DNA from: Candidatus Peregrinibacteria bacterium
GTDB taxonomy: Bacteria; Patescibacteriota; Gracilibacteria; Peribacterales; Peribacteraceae
DNA: 64,000 bases
Reading direction: 5' to 3'
Assembly: GCA_043814035.1 (NCBI GenBank)
Contig: JBDRKJ010000012.1
Location: 4,028 to 68,027 of the forward strand
Below the pieces are notes generated by a model, which searched no databases, was not told where the DNA came from, and saw only the letters and a program-made list of their open reading frames with translations. How positions within the stretch are numbered: position 1 is the first letter of the stretch; the number at the start of each line of letters is the position of its first letter. The position numbers and the translations under genes are program-made. Positions 43,859 to 52,458 of this stretch are shown here, piece by piece.

Positions 43859-44704
43859 TTACACAGGCATTTTGCGCCACTTCCAAAAGTACTTGAGTGC
43901 GCTCGCAATGTGGATGCGCCCCGTCTTGCGAAGAAGAAGCGAGAAGAAACCCCCGCCGCTCAAGCGCTGCTTGCGATCGCGCGCCACAATGGAAGAGGTG
44001 TACATCACCCGCTTACCTGCAAGGCAGCACCGCCGACACAAGTCCATATCTTCGAAGAAGAGGAAGAATCGTTCATCAAATCCGCCAAGTTGCTCGAATA
44101 AATCACGCCGAAAGAACAGGCATGCGCCCACCACCCAATCGACATCACGTAACGGAGGATTCGGTGCATCCGTCTGCAGGTAGCGCCGCAGGCGACCCGG
44201 AAAGATGTACTGCAGAAACGTGCGCTTGATACAGACATCGAAAAGAGACGGAAATGCTCGTGCAGACTCACGAACGCGCCCATCGGGGAACGCAAGCTTG
44301 GGAGCGAGAATGCCGATGGAGGGATCCTCCTGAAAAATCCGCACCATGCGTTCCAATCCTCCGGGTTCCAATTCATTGTCGGGATTGATGATGAGCAAAT
44401 ATTCCCCACGCGCGTACTGCGCTGCATAGTTATTGCCCCCTCCGTAGCCGCGATTACGGTTGGACTCGAGCAGTCGCACCTGCGGGTGTCGACCGACCTG
44501 TCCCCCGAAGCCTTGGCGAAGGGGGAAGCGCGCTCGCAGCGTGCCGATGGAGTCATCTTCGGAATGATTGTCGATGACGAGGATCTCGATGTCCTGCGCA
44601 ATTGTCTGCTGCAGGAGTGCCTGCACACACTTCACCGCATCTTTCGGTGTCCACGTGGTGACAATAATGGCCGATATGAGGGGCCGTGGGAACATCAAGG
44701 ACAT
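43859..44704 (-). CDS. family-2 glycosyltransferase
   Basis: ISAIIVTTW......C..ALL.Q....IEILVIDNHSEDDS, ESNRNRGYGGGNN and DNELEPG are GT2 motifs. Confidence 0.88.
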   Translation of the reverse strand: MSLMFPRPLISAIIVTTWTPKDAVKCVQALLQQTIAQDIEILVIDNHSEDDSIGTLRARFPLRQGFGGQVGRHPQVRLLESNRNRGYGGGNNYAAQYARGEYLLIINPDNELEPGGLERMVRIFQEDPSIGILAPKLAFPDGRVRESARAFPSLFDVCIKRTFLQYIFPGRLRRYLQTDAPNPPLRDVDWVVGACLFFRRDLFEQLGGFDERFFLFFEDMDLCRRCCLAGKRVMYTSSIVARDRKQRLSGGGFFSLLLRKTGRIHIASALKYFWKWRKMPV

Positions 44705-44742
44705 CGTAGACCGAAAGGAGAAGGGAACGTAGAAAAAAGACA

Positions 44743-44860
44743 GAGATGGAATAAAGGAAATAAAAGAAACAGAGGAAGTAAAGGAATGCTCCTTGCATGT
44801 CTCTTGAGCACAAATCCTCTATTTCTTCTCTTTCCTTTCTATCCTCTATTTCCTCATCTC
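44743..44860. repeat. polypurine tract facing a polypyrimidine tract (imperfect ~45-nt inverted/mirror repeat) in a divergent promoter region
   Basis: gagatggaataaaggaaataaaagaaacagaggaagtaaagga (44743-44785) faces tcctctatttcttctctttcctttctatcctctatttcctcatctc (44815-44860). The outer ends gagatg/catctc are exactly complementary. Confidence 0.7.
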
Positions 44861-44876
44861 ATGGCATGATAGTCCC

Positions 44877-47333
44877 GTGCCCAAGAAGAAGAACCCCAAG
44901 GAGGCCGAGCTTAAAAAGCGCGTTGCCAAACTGCCAACCAAGCCCGGCGTCTACCGCTGGCTCGATGCCAAAGGCACGGTGCTCTATGTGGGCAAAGCCC
45001 TGAATCTGCGCAAGCGCGTGACGAGCTATTTGAACAAGGATGCCGTACTGGGACCGTGGAAACAGTCGCTTATTGCAAAGGCTGTCGATGTTTCGGTGAC
45101 GGTAACGAGCTCGGAGCTTGAGGCGCTCATTCTTGAAACCAACCTCATCAAGCAAAAGAAGCCCAAATACAACGTGCTTATGAAGGATGACAAGAACTAC
45201 GTGTACGTGCGCATCAGTTTGCAGGATACCTTTCCTCGCATTGATCTCGTACGCAAGCCATCTGAAGATAAGGCCAAGTACTTTGGCCCGTACGTGAGTG
45301 CATTCTCTGTTCGCGAAACGCTTACATTGCTGCGACGTGTGTTCCCCTACCGCACATGCAAGATGTGCATTGAACCCGCGATGGGCAAACTTCCCTCCCC
45401 CCGCGGGGGAGGGAGCGAGGGAGAGGGGCTTTCCGTCACCGTCACGCACCGCGACCGCCCCACACCGTGTCTGGATTATCACATCAAGCAATGTTGTGCA
45501 CCCTGCATTGGATGCGTGACATCAAAGGAGTACCAACACATGGCAACAGAAGGCGTGATCGACTTTCTCAAGGGCAAAACCGACGATGCTCTCGCCCTCC
45601 TCAGAGAACAAATGAAAGTCGCCGCGCGCGACCGTAAGTTCGAGCAGGCCGCCAAACTGCGTAACGCGTTGCAGACAATTGAGCGACTTTCCGAAAAACA
45701 GATCGTCTCTGACACCACAGGAGAGGATGCCGATATCTTCGGCATCGCAGTGGAAGGAAGCCGCGTGCACGTGGTGCTGCTCAAAGAGCGAAGTGGAAAA
45801 GTCATCGACGAATCATCGTTCACACTGCTCGGTCATGCAGAGAGTGACACCGAAGCACTCACGCAGTTTTTACCCCAGTACTACGCGGACGCCCCCGATG
45901 TGCCACCACTCCTACTGCTACCAACTGATGTCTCCGACTCAAAGCTCCTTGCACAGTGGCTCACGAAACGTCGCGCCCTTCAACTACGTTCAGGGCGCCC
46001 TGAGCGACAAGTCCCGCAGAGCGGGATGAGGAGTCGAACGGGCGGATCGAAAGTTGTCATCCGTGTGCCGGAACGCGGCAAGGGAGGCAAGCTCCTCGCA
46101 CTCGCCGAAGAGAACGCACACGAGAAGGTGCAGCACTTCGAAACCAAGTGGGAAGCCGCCGCGCGCAATGTGGAGGATGCGCTGAAGGAATTGAAAGTCA
46201 CCCTCGACCTGCCGACGGCTCCCAAGCGCATCGAAAGCTATGATATTTCGCATTTAAGCGGCACCGAAACAGTGGGGAGCATGTCGGTTTTCGTTGATGG
46301 TAAGCCAAAAAACGACCAGTACCGATCGTTCACCCTCCGCACGGTGCGCGAAGGGGAGATCGACGACTATCGGGCACTAAAAGAAGTACTGGGACGCAGG
46401 CTCCGCCACCTGACAACGGACTTACGACAGGAACAAAAGGGATGGAAAACGGAAGGCGTCACGTTCGGCAAAGTGCGAAAAGATGAGCACAAGCACATCA
46501 TGAGCCTTCATAAAGAGCACTATCAGGAAATCAACGATGAAGACATCGACTTTGCCAAGTACCTAGTGGCCCGCCAAGGAAAATCAATCGTCGGATTCTG
46601 CCGCATCGTGGAACATACAGGAGGGCATAAAGAGCTCAAGAGTCTCTGGATTCATGATGATTTTCGCGGGCAGAAACTGGGGCAGTTTCTCATAAGAAAA
46701 ATTCTCTCCATGCAGAAGAAAACAAAGAAGATATTCATCACAGCAAAAACTTCTCTCGTGGAATACTACGGAACCATCGGATTCCGGCCAGCGAATAACC
46801 CGCCGCAAATCATCGTCAAAAAACATGAACGGGCAGCGCGGAAGAAAGGAGTACCGACAGGTATCGTCATGGTCTACATCTTCGCAGAACACAAAAAGGA
46901 TGATGTCTCGTTGACCGCGTATCCCGACCTCCTTCTCATCGACGGCGGCAAAGGGCAACTCAACGCTGCATTGGAAGTCCTCAAGGAACTCGCGCTCTCT
47001 ATTCCTGTGATCAGCCTCGCCAAACGGGAAGAGGAGGTATTCGCACCAAGGCACCCCAACCCCATCACGTTTGCCAAAGATGCGCCGGCACGATTCCTGC
47101 TCATGCGCCTGCGGGACGAAGCCCACCGCTTCGCCAATGCCCACCGCGAAACGCGAGCCAAGAAACGTGCGGTCTTCTCGGTCTTAGACTCTCTCCCCGG
47201 TATTGGTCCGCAGACACGCGTGAAGCTACTGAAGAAATTCGGCTCGCTCGAAGCTATTCAGGCAGCGAGCGATAAAGAGCTCCTCAAGATCCTTTCACGA
47301 TCGCAGCTCACAACGTTGCGAGAACAGCCTTAA
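44877..47333 (+). CDS. uvrC: excinuclease ABC subunit C with an embedded GNAT domain
   Basis: GIY-YIG (GVYRWLD..GTVLYVGKALNLRKRV), UVR motif (RKFEQAAKLRNALQTIERL), endonuclease domain (IESYDISHL, LLLIDGGKGQL) and C-terminal HhH. At 818 aa it is ~200 aa longer than typical UvrC. GTG start. Confidence 0.93.
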   Translation: MPKKKNPKEAELKKRVAKLPTKPGVYRWLDAKGTVLYVGKALNLRKRVTSYLNKDAVLGPWKQSLIAKAVDVSVTVTSSELEALILETNLIKQKKPKYNVLMKDDKNYVYVRISLQDTFPRIDLVRKPSEDKAKYFGPYVSAFSVRETLTLLRRVFPYRTCKMCIEPAMGKLPSPRGGGSEGEGLSVTVTHRDRPTPCLDYHIKQCCAPCIGCVTSKEYQHMATEGVIDFLKGKTDDALALLREQMKVAARDRKFEQAAKLRNALQTIERLSEKQIVSDTTGEDADIFGIAVEGSRVHVVLLKERSGKVIDESSFTLLGHAESDTEALTQFLPQYYADAPDVPPLLLLPTDVSDSKLLAQWLTKRRALQLRSGRPERQVPQSGMRSRTGGSKVVIRVPERGKGGKLLALAEENAHEKVQHFETKWEAAARNVEDALKELKVTLDLPTAPKRIESYDISHLSGTETVGSMSVFVDGKPKNDQYRSFTLRTVREGEIDDYRALKEVLGRRLRHLTTDLRQEQKGWKTEGVTFGKVRKDEHKHIMSLHKEHYQEINDEDIDFAKYLVARQGKSIVGFCRIVEHTGGHKELKSLWIHDDFRGQKLGQFLIRKILSMQKKTKKIFITAKTSLVEYYGTIGFRPANNPPQIIVKKHERAARKKGVPTGIVMVYIFAEHKKDDVSLTAYPDLLLIDGGKGQLNAALEVLKELALSIPVISLAKREEEVFAPRHPNPITFAKDAPARFLLMRLRDEAHRFANAHRETRAKKRAVFSVLDSLPGIGPQTRVKLLKKFGSLEAIQAASDKELLKILSRSQLTTLREQP
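46412..46920 (+). other. GNAT acetyltransferase-like domain inserted inside the UvrC endonuclease domain
   Basis: The ~170-aa insert lies between ...VLGRRLRHL and PDLLLIDGGKGQL. It contains LWIHDDFRGQKLGQFLIRKIL, an acetyl-CoA-binding motif A of the R/Q-x-x-G-x-G/A type. Confidence 0.7.
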
Positions 47334-47899
47334 GCGGCACCCGGCGCATTCTCCGGCTGATGATCGTACCGCTGGTAGCGCGTGACGACCTCGCTGATCT
47401 TGGCTGCCACCTCCTGCGCGCGCGGCACGTAACTCTTGACGATGCGATCGCCACCCAGTCCCTCTTTGAGGTGCACGCTCACGATGCCGAATGGAAAAAT
47501 GCTCCAGTACTGTGTTTGCACACTCACCCCGCCTACGTTCTCGAGATTGAGTGGTTTGATCTCTTGCCGGAAGATGGAAGTCTGATCGACGAAAATGATC
47601 TTGTCGGTGGTGACGAGAATAAAATCGTACGCCCAGTCGATGTATGCCTTGAGCAAATTGAAGAATACGAACACGAACCAGAGCAGAAAGAGAATGCCGA
47701 CAGTCCACCACGGAGGAGCGCCCCACCATATCGTGCCTCCACCAACCAGCACCATCACAATAGTAATGATCATCTCACGCAGACTTGCGAAGAAAAACGA
47801 AAGACCGTGGTAGTACGTCATGAGTATTTCTTGTTCCCCCTCTGAGAGGAACTGCTTCTTGAGTTTCTGAGTATCGGTCTCGAGAGCGAAGATGCGCAT
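47330..47899 (-). CDS. membrane protein with bacterial PH-like domain (YdbS/DUF304-like)
   Basis: Two TM helices followed by a ~90-aa beta-rich domain. The architecture is typical of the bPH_2 family; this is a weak motif-level call. Confidence 0.6.
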   Translation of the reverse strand: MRIFALETDTQKLKKQFLSEGEQEILMTYYHGLSFFFASLREMIITIVMVLVGGGTIWWGAPPWWTVGILFLLWFVFVFFNLLKAYIDWAYDFILVTTDKIIFVDQTSIFRQEIKPLNLENVGGVSVQTQYWSIFPFGIVSVHLKEGLGGDRIVKSYVPRAQEVAAKISEVVTRYQRYDHQPENAPGAA

Positions 47900-47980
47900 G
47901 TCGACATTCTATCTCTTTTACGCCAAAACCGCATCAACCGCTTTGCAGCGCCTTCGTCGGATCAGTACACTGCGCGTGCT

Positions 47981-48055
47981 GGCCTCATCGTCTAACGGTT
48001 AGGACACAAGGTTCTCATCCTTGAAATCGGGGTTCGATTCCCCGTGAGGCTACCA
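47981..48055 (+). tRNA. tRNA-Glu (anticodon CUC), CCA encoded
   Basis: GGCCTCATCGTCTAACGGTTAGGACACAAGGTTCTCATCCTTGAAATCGGGGTTCGATTCCCCGTGAGGCTACCA, with anticodon loop TTCTCAT. Confidence 0.9.
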
Positions 48056-48210
48056 ATACCCATAATAAAAAGGCTACCGGTGCGGTTCTCCTCGTTCCCG
48101 CTTTCATCAAGTTTCTCATGGCTATTGCCCCTGAAGGGGCGTAAGGTGCCTTCTGGATGGCACAGAAGATATCTCTGAGTCCTCCTCTCTATATTTTTTC
48201 TCCCCGTTTC

Positions 48211-48405
48211 ATGGCTACAGGTACGATCAAGAAGAAGACAGACAAAGGATTTGGTTTTATTTCGATGGAAGGTTCAGATGACTTGTTCTTCCACAACACT
48301 GAGTGCAACGGACAGTTCGACAGTATGCAAGAAGGTCAGGCCGTGCAGTTTGATGTTGAGCAAGGCCAGAAAGGCCCGAAGGCGGTCAGAGTGGTCGCCG
48401 CGTAA
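48211..48405 (+). CDS. cold-shock protein (CspA family)
   Basis: MATGTIKKKTDKGFGFISMEG.DDLFFH contains the RNP1 (KGFGFI) and RNP2-like (LFFH) motifs. Confidence 0.9.
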   Translation: MATGTIKKKTDKGFGFISMEGSDDLFFHNTECNGQFDSMQEGQAVQFDVEQGQKGPKAVRVVAA

Positions 48406-48544
48406 AGCTGTAATCCAGCATTTCAACTGAGAGCACTTCGGTGCTCTCTTTTGTTATCACGCACTCAATCATCTTGGCGTGAAGAAAAGGATTGCTCTGC
48501 CAACAACGAGCACAGGATATAAACTCCTATCACAATAATCACAT

Positions 48545-50203
48545 TCATTCTTCGAAGAATCCTTCGCTCTGCGGATCAAAGTGAAGCTGCACCTCATAAT
48601 CCTCCATACGCTCAGCATCATTTTCCCACTCAGGTTGCCATCGCGGATGACGATAGATACCCAATACTTCCATGCCTGATACCGTAATGGCATGCACTTT
48701 GGTTTCTTCAGGAAAGCTACGCTGATAGTGCTGCCATCGAAAATTATCGAGGATGTATTTGGTGTCGAACTGCTTACGCACGACGAGCCTGCGACGCTGA
48801 TCCTGTGTAAGGATATTAAGATTCTCCCAGCCTGGACTGCTGGTCACGGCAACCGAGATCAGATCACTCGAATCGTTTTCCAGAATCCATTCGAATCCCC
48901 GCCGGAATGAAAGGCCCCAGTAATCCAGCTCAAACCGCCCTTCGATCCAGTTGGATGGAAGAGAGAAGTACGCGTACTGCAGCGGATGATTGCGCACCAT
49001 CCACATCGCGGAGCCGAGGAAACTCATGACGCAGAGGAGGACGAGGCCACCCCGAAGCGCGAAACGCGTAGAGAACATCCAGAGCATGCGAAGTGCGTAA
49101 ACGGCTAGCAGAAGGAAGGCAGGATAGATGAAGTAGATGTGTCTCCACTCGTCGAAGAGCGATGCTCCTAGAAAAATGACCATGAAAATCGGCAGGAAAA
49201 GCCACAACAGGAACAAAAGCAGATTGCGATGTTCTAAAAGCGCCGAGACTGGCCGTCTGATCATGGAAGCAATAAAGAACACACATCCGAGAACCGCAAG
49301 AACTGTATAAAGAAGCGGCGTGGAGATAAAAACGTGAACCGGAACCCAATGCCATGGCAGAGCGCTTGTGATTTCGCCGAAATAAAACCCGCCGGGAGCC
49401 TGCTGTTCCCAGAGCATGTTCTGCAGTGCATCGAGAAGATGCTGAACCGGGTGCGCCCACAGGAGCGGCCAGAAGGCTACGGTAGCGAGACTAAGCGCAA
49501 TGAAGTAGGCCGTGAACAAAGTTGCGGAGCGTTTCCATGTCACGCGCTCTCCCTTCGCGACATTGGCAACCATCTGTAGGCATAGGAACAGGACCGTATA
49601 CAGAGGAAGGAAGAGAAGACCGACACGAAGCGAAATCACAAGCCCGCACGCGATGCCATGAAACACGGCATGTTTGAAGTCTGGCGTATCGAGGAAGAGA
49701 AGAAGCGTGTACATGCTCACCGCAAAGAACGTCATAGCGGGGATGTCTCTGCCGTTGAAGAATGCATGCCCGAACTGGCGCGGGCTTAAGAGGAGCAGAA
49801 TCATCGCGACGAGCGCCCACGTTCTACTCTTGAATGTGCGTAGGGCGATCGCGTAAATCGCCATGAGCCCGATCCAGAACATCACGAAATTCAGCATGTG
49901 GCGCATGATGAAGATGGCTCGGGCGAAGCGCAGCTCCATCACCTCCTGCACAACGGTCTGCACGATTTCAAACCAAGCTCCGTGGTAACGGATGCCGAAT
50001 TCCGTCGGATATGACTCGCCCTTGAAGACATACTCGTATGCTTCTTCGCCAAGAACAAACATCGCCTTCTCATCCCATGAGATACCGTAGTCCTTCGCAA
50101 TGAAGAAGCCGCCGACAAGAATGAGAGTGAAAAAGATGTACGCAGCTACGCGCGACGTCACGAGATCGCCGACTCTCCGCCACCGGGAATGGGAACCTTC
50201 CAC
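48545..50203 (-). CDS. GT-C fold membrane glycosyltransferase (family 39 / ArnT-like)
   Basis: About 12 TM helices with an early periplasmic-loop acidic motif (YGISWDE). GTG start. Confidence 0.68.
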   Translation of the reverse strand: MEGSHSRWRRVGDLVTSRVAAYIFFTLILVGGFFIAKDYGISWDEKAMFVLGEEAYEYVFKGESYPTEFGIRYHGAWFEIVQTVVQEVMELRFARAIFIMRHMLNFVMFWIGLMAIYAIALRTFKSRTWALVAMILLLLSPRQFGHAFFNGRDIPAMTFFAVSMYTLLLFLDTPDFKHAVFHGIACGLVISLRVGLLFLPLYTVLFLCLQMVANVAKGERVTWKRSATLFTAYFIALSLATVAFWPLLWAHPVQHLLDALQNMLWEQQAPGGFYFGEITSALPWHWVPVHVFISTPLLYTVLAVLGCVFFIASMIRRPVSALLEHRNLLLFLLWLFLPIFMVIFLGASLFDEWRHIYFIYPAFLLLAVYALRMLWMFSTRFALRGGLVLLCVMSFLGSAMWMVRNHPLQYAYFSLPSNWIEGRFELDYWGLSFRRGFEWILENDSSDLISVAVTSSPGWENLNILTQDQRRRLVVRKQFDTKYILDNFRWQHYQRSFPEETKVHAITVSGMEVLGIYRHPRWQPEWENDAERMEDYEVQLHFDPQSEGFFEE

Positions 50204-50281
50204 TCCGGCAAGTGTATCCGATCTACTTAGAAGTCCCTATATCAATCAGGCATGTTCAGTAGGCTGTTGTGTCTTCTCCTT

Positions 50282-52348
50282 TCAGACCACCACTTTGGCA
50301 TCAAGGATTGTAAGATCGTTCTCTGTGACCAACACGGGATTCAGATCAATCGCACTGATCTGCGGGCACTCCACAGCAAGACGGGAAACAGTGGAAATAA
50401 GCTCGGCAAGAGCATCGATGTTCAGCTGCGGCTTGCCACGCAGCCCTAAGAGAAGCTTCCAACTCTTGAGTTGTGTGAGCATGAAGTAGGCCTGATCGGT
50501 AGAAACGGGCGACACACGAAAGGCGGTGTCTTTGAAGAGCTCAGTGTAGATCCCCCCAAGCCCAGCCATCACCAGATGTCCGGCAGTCTCATCTTTGAGC
50601 GCGCCCACGATAAATTCGCTGCCCGGCGGCAGACTCTGCTGAATGAGCACACCGGCCACACGCGCCTTGGGTGCTTTGGATTTCACACTCTTTGAGATTC
50701 GAGTGAATGCCGCGCGCACCTGTGCATCATTTGTGAGGTGCACAGCCACGCCACCCACATCCATCTTGTGCAGGATTTCTTTGGAGCTGACTTTCGCCAC
50801 CACGGGGTAACCGATGGCATGCGCGATTTTGACGGCAGCATCCGCGGTCTTGGCCACCTGACCCTGCGGCAACGGGATCTTGTAGAGCGTGAGAAGGGAA
50901 CGCGTGTGCTCTGGATTGAGAAGCCCCTTTCCACCAGCATGCAAAATGCGCTTGGCCTTGGCTGCACGTTTGGCATTCACGGGAATGGCGCGACGCTTGA
51001 CCGCTGTCGTTTTAGCTCTCCTCAGTGAAGAGAAGATGTGCATGGCGGATTCCGGGCACGAGAAATTGGGAATGTCATGCATGTGGAGCACAGATACAGC
51101 CTCGCGGATACTCTCGCCACCCATAAAACAGCCGAGAATGGGGAAGAGCGGATGTCGCTCCTTAATGGCAACGACGGTCTCGGCGATCTCTTTGGCTGGC
51201 GTCATGATCTGCGGCGTGACGATGATAAGCGCGCCATCGATGTTCGGATCCTGTGCCACCGCATTCAGTGCGCATTCGTAGCGATCGGCCAGCGCATCAC
51301 CCAATACGTCGATGGGATTCTTGGCACTCGAAGACGGAGGGAGTGCGGCATGCAGAGCTGATTCATTTTTAGAGGAGAGTGATGGAAGCATGATCCCCTC
51401 ACGCTCCGCCGCATCGGCAGCAAGAACACCCGGCCCACCGGCATTCGTGACGATGGCAATGCGATCAGAGAGAAGAGGTGGTTGCTGCGAGAGCGTGCGG
51501 AGTAAATCGAGGAACTGGCGCGTGGATCGTGCACGCAGAATTCCCGCCTGTTCGCAGATGGCTTCGACTGCCGCATCGGACCCTGCCAGTGCCCCGGTAT
51601 GGGATGACGCCGCCTGACGACCTTTGTCCGTGATACCGCCCTTGAGCAGCACGATAGACTTCGTGCGCCCGATTCGCTCAGTGAGAGCAAGGAAACGTCG
51701 TCCATCCACGATACCCTCAAGATAGAGCCCGATCACCGTCGTCTCTGTATCCTTCTCGCAGATCTCGAGCAGGTCACACTCGTCCATCGTCACCTTATTA
51801 CCAAGACTGAGGAAGAGTGAAAAACCAAGGCCAATGGTATCGGCACGGTCGATAAAGGCATCACCCAATGCGCCCGACTGGCTGATGAGTGCCACGCCTC
51901 CTGCGGGCGGCAGCCGATTGGCAAAGGAAGCATTGAGCCCGATACCCGGACGTATGAACCCGAGCGAATTGGGCCCCACAAGGTACATACGATGTCGCTT
52001 CATAATGCGCTTGAGCTCCTCTTCGATCGCACGACCATCGACTCCCACTTCGCGAAATCCGGAACTGATGATGACGAGGGTTTTGACCCCTTTCTTACCG
52101 CATTCCTCCGCGATTGCCGGAACGGTTGCCGCAGGAGTGGCGATCACGGCCACATCAACATCACCTGGAATCGCGCTCACCGAAACATAGACCTCATGAT
52201 CGAGAATCGTTCCGCCTTTTGGATTCACGGCATAGACATTCCCCTTGTAGCCCTGCGTGAGAAGGTTACGCAAAATCAAATGTCCGACTTTGTGCTCATC
52301 ACTAGAGGCACCGATCACCGCAACCGAGTCAGGACGCAGAAGGGACAT
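50282..52348 (-). CDS. ADP-forming acetyl-CoA synthetase (acetate--CoA ligase family, fused alpha/beta)
   Basis: CoA-binding N-terminus (SVAVIGASSDEHKVGH), a succinyl-CoA-synthetase-like ligase domain, and a C-terminal ATP-grasp (GYPVVAKV.S..I.HK.DVGGV). Confidence 0.9.
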   Translation of the reverse strand: MSLLRPDSVAVIGASSDEHKVGHLILRNLLTQGYKGNVYAVNPKGGTILDHEVYVSVSAIPGDVDVAVIATPAATVPAIAEECGKKGVKTLVIISSGFREVGVDGRAIEEELKRIMKRHRMYLVGPNSLGFIRPGIGLNASFANRLPPAGGVALISQSGALGDAFIDRADTIGLGFSLFLSLGNKVTMDECDLLEICEKDTETTVIGLYLEGIVDGRRFLALTERIGRTKSIVLLKGGITDKGRQAASSHTGALAGSDAAVEAICEQAGILRARSTRQFLDLLRTLSQQPPLLSDRIAIVTNAGGPGVLAADAAEREGIMLPSLSSKNESALHAALPPSSSAKNPIDVLGDALADRYECALNAVAQDPNIDGALIIVTPQIMTPAKEIAETVVAIKERHPLFPILGCFMGGESIREAVSVLHMHDIPNFSCPESAMHIFSSLRRAKTTAVKRRAIPVNAKRAAKAKRILHAGGKGLLNPEHTRSLLTLYKIPLPQGQVAKTADAAVKIAHAIGYPVVAKVSSKEILHKMDVGGVAVHLTNDAQVRAAFTRISKSVKSKAPKARVAGVLIQQSLPPGSEFIVGALKDETAGHLVMAGLGGIYTELFKDTAFRVSPVSTDQAYFMLTQLKSWKLLLGLRGKPQLNIDALAELISTVSRLAVECPQISAIDLNPVLVTENDLTILDAKVVV

Positions 52349-52458
52349 TGTGGGGATTGTAGGCGTGTTCGTCGATCCGTTCCATCTCGCGTCAAACTTG
52401 CGCCCTTTGGCACTCGGGACATCAAGCCTATACTCACAGTGTTTCTTCTCCCTCTCTT

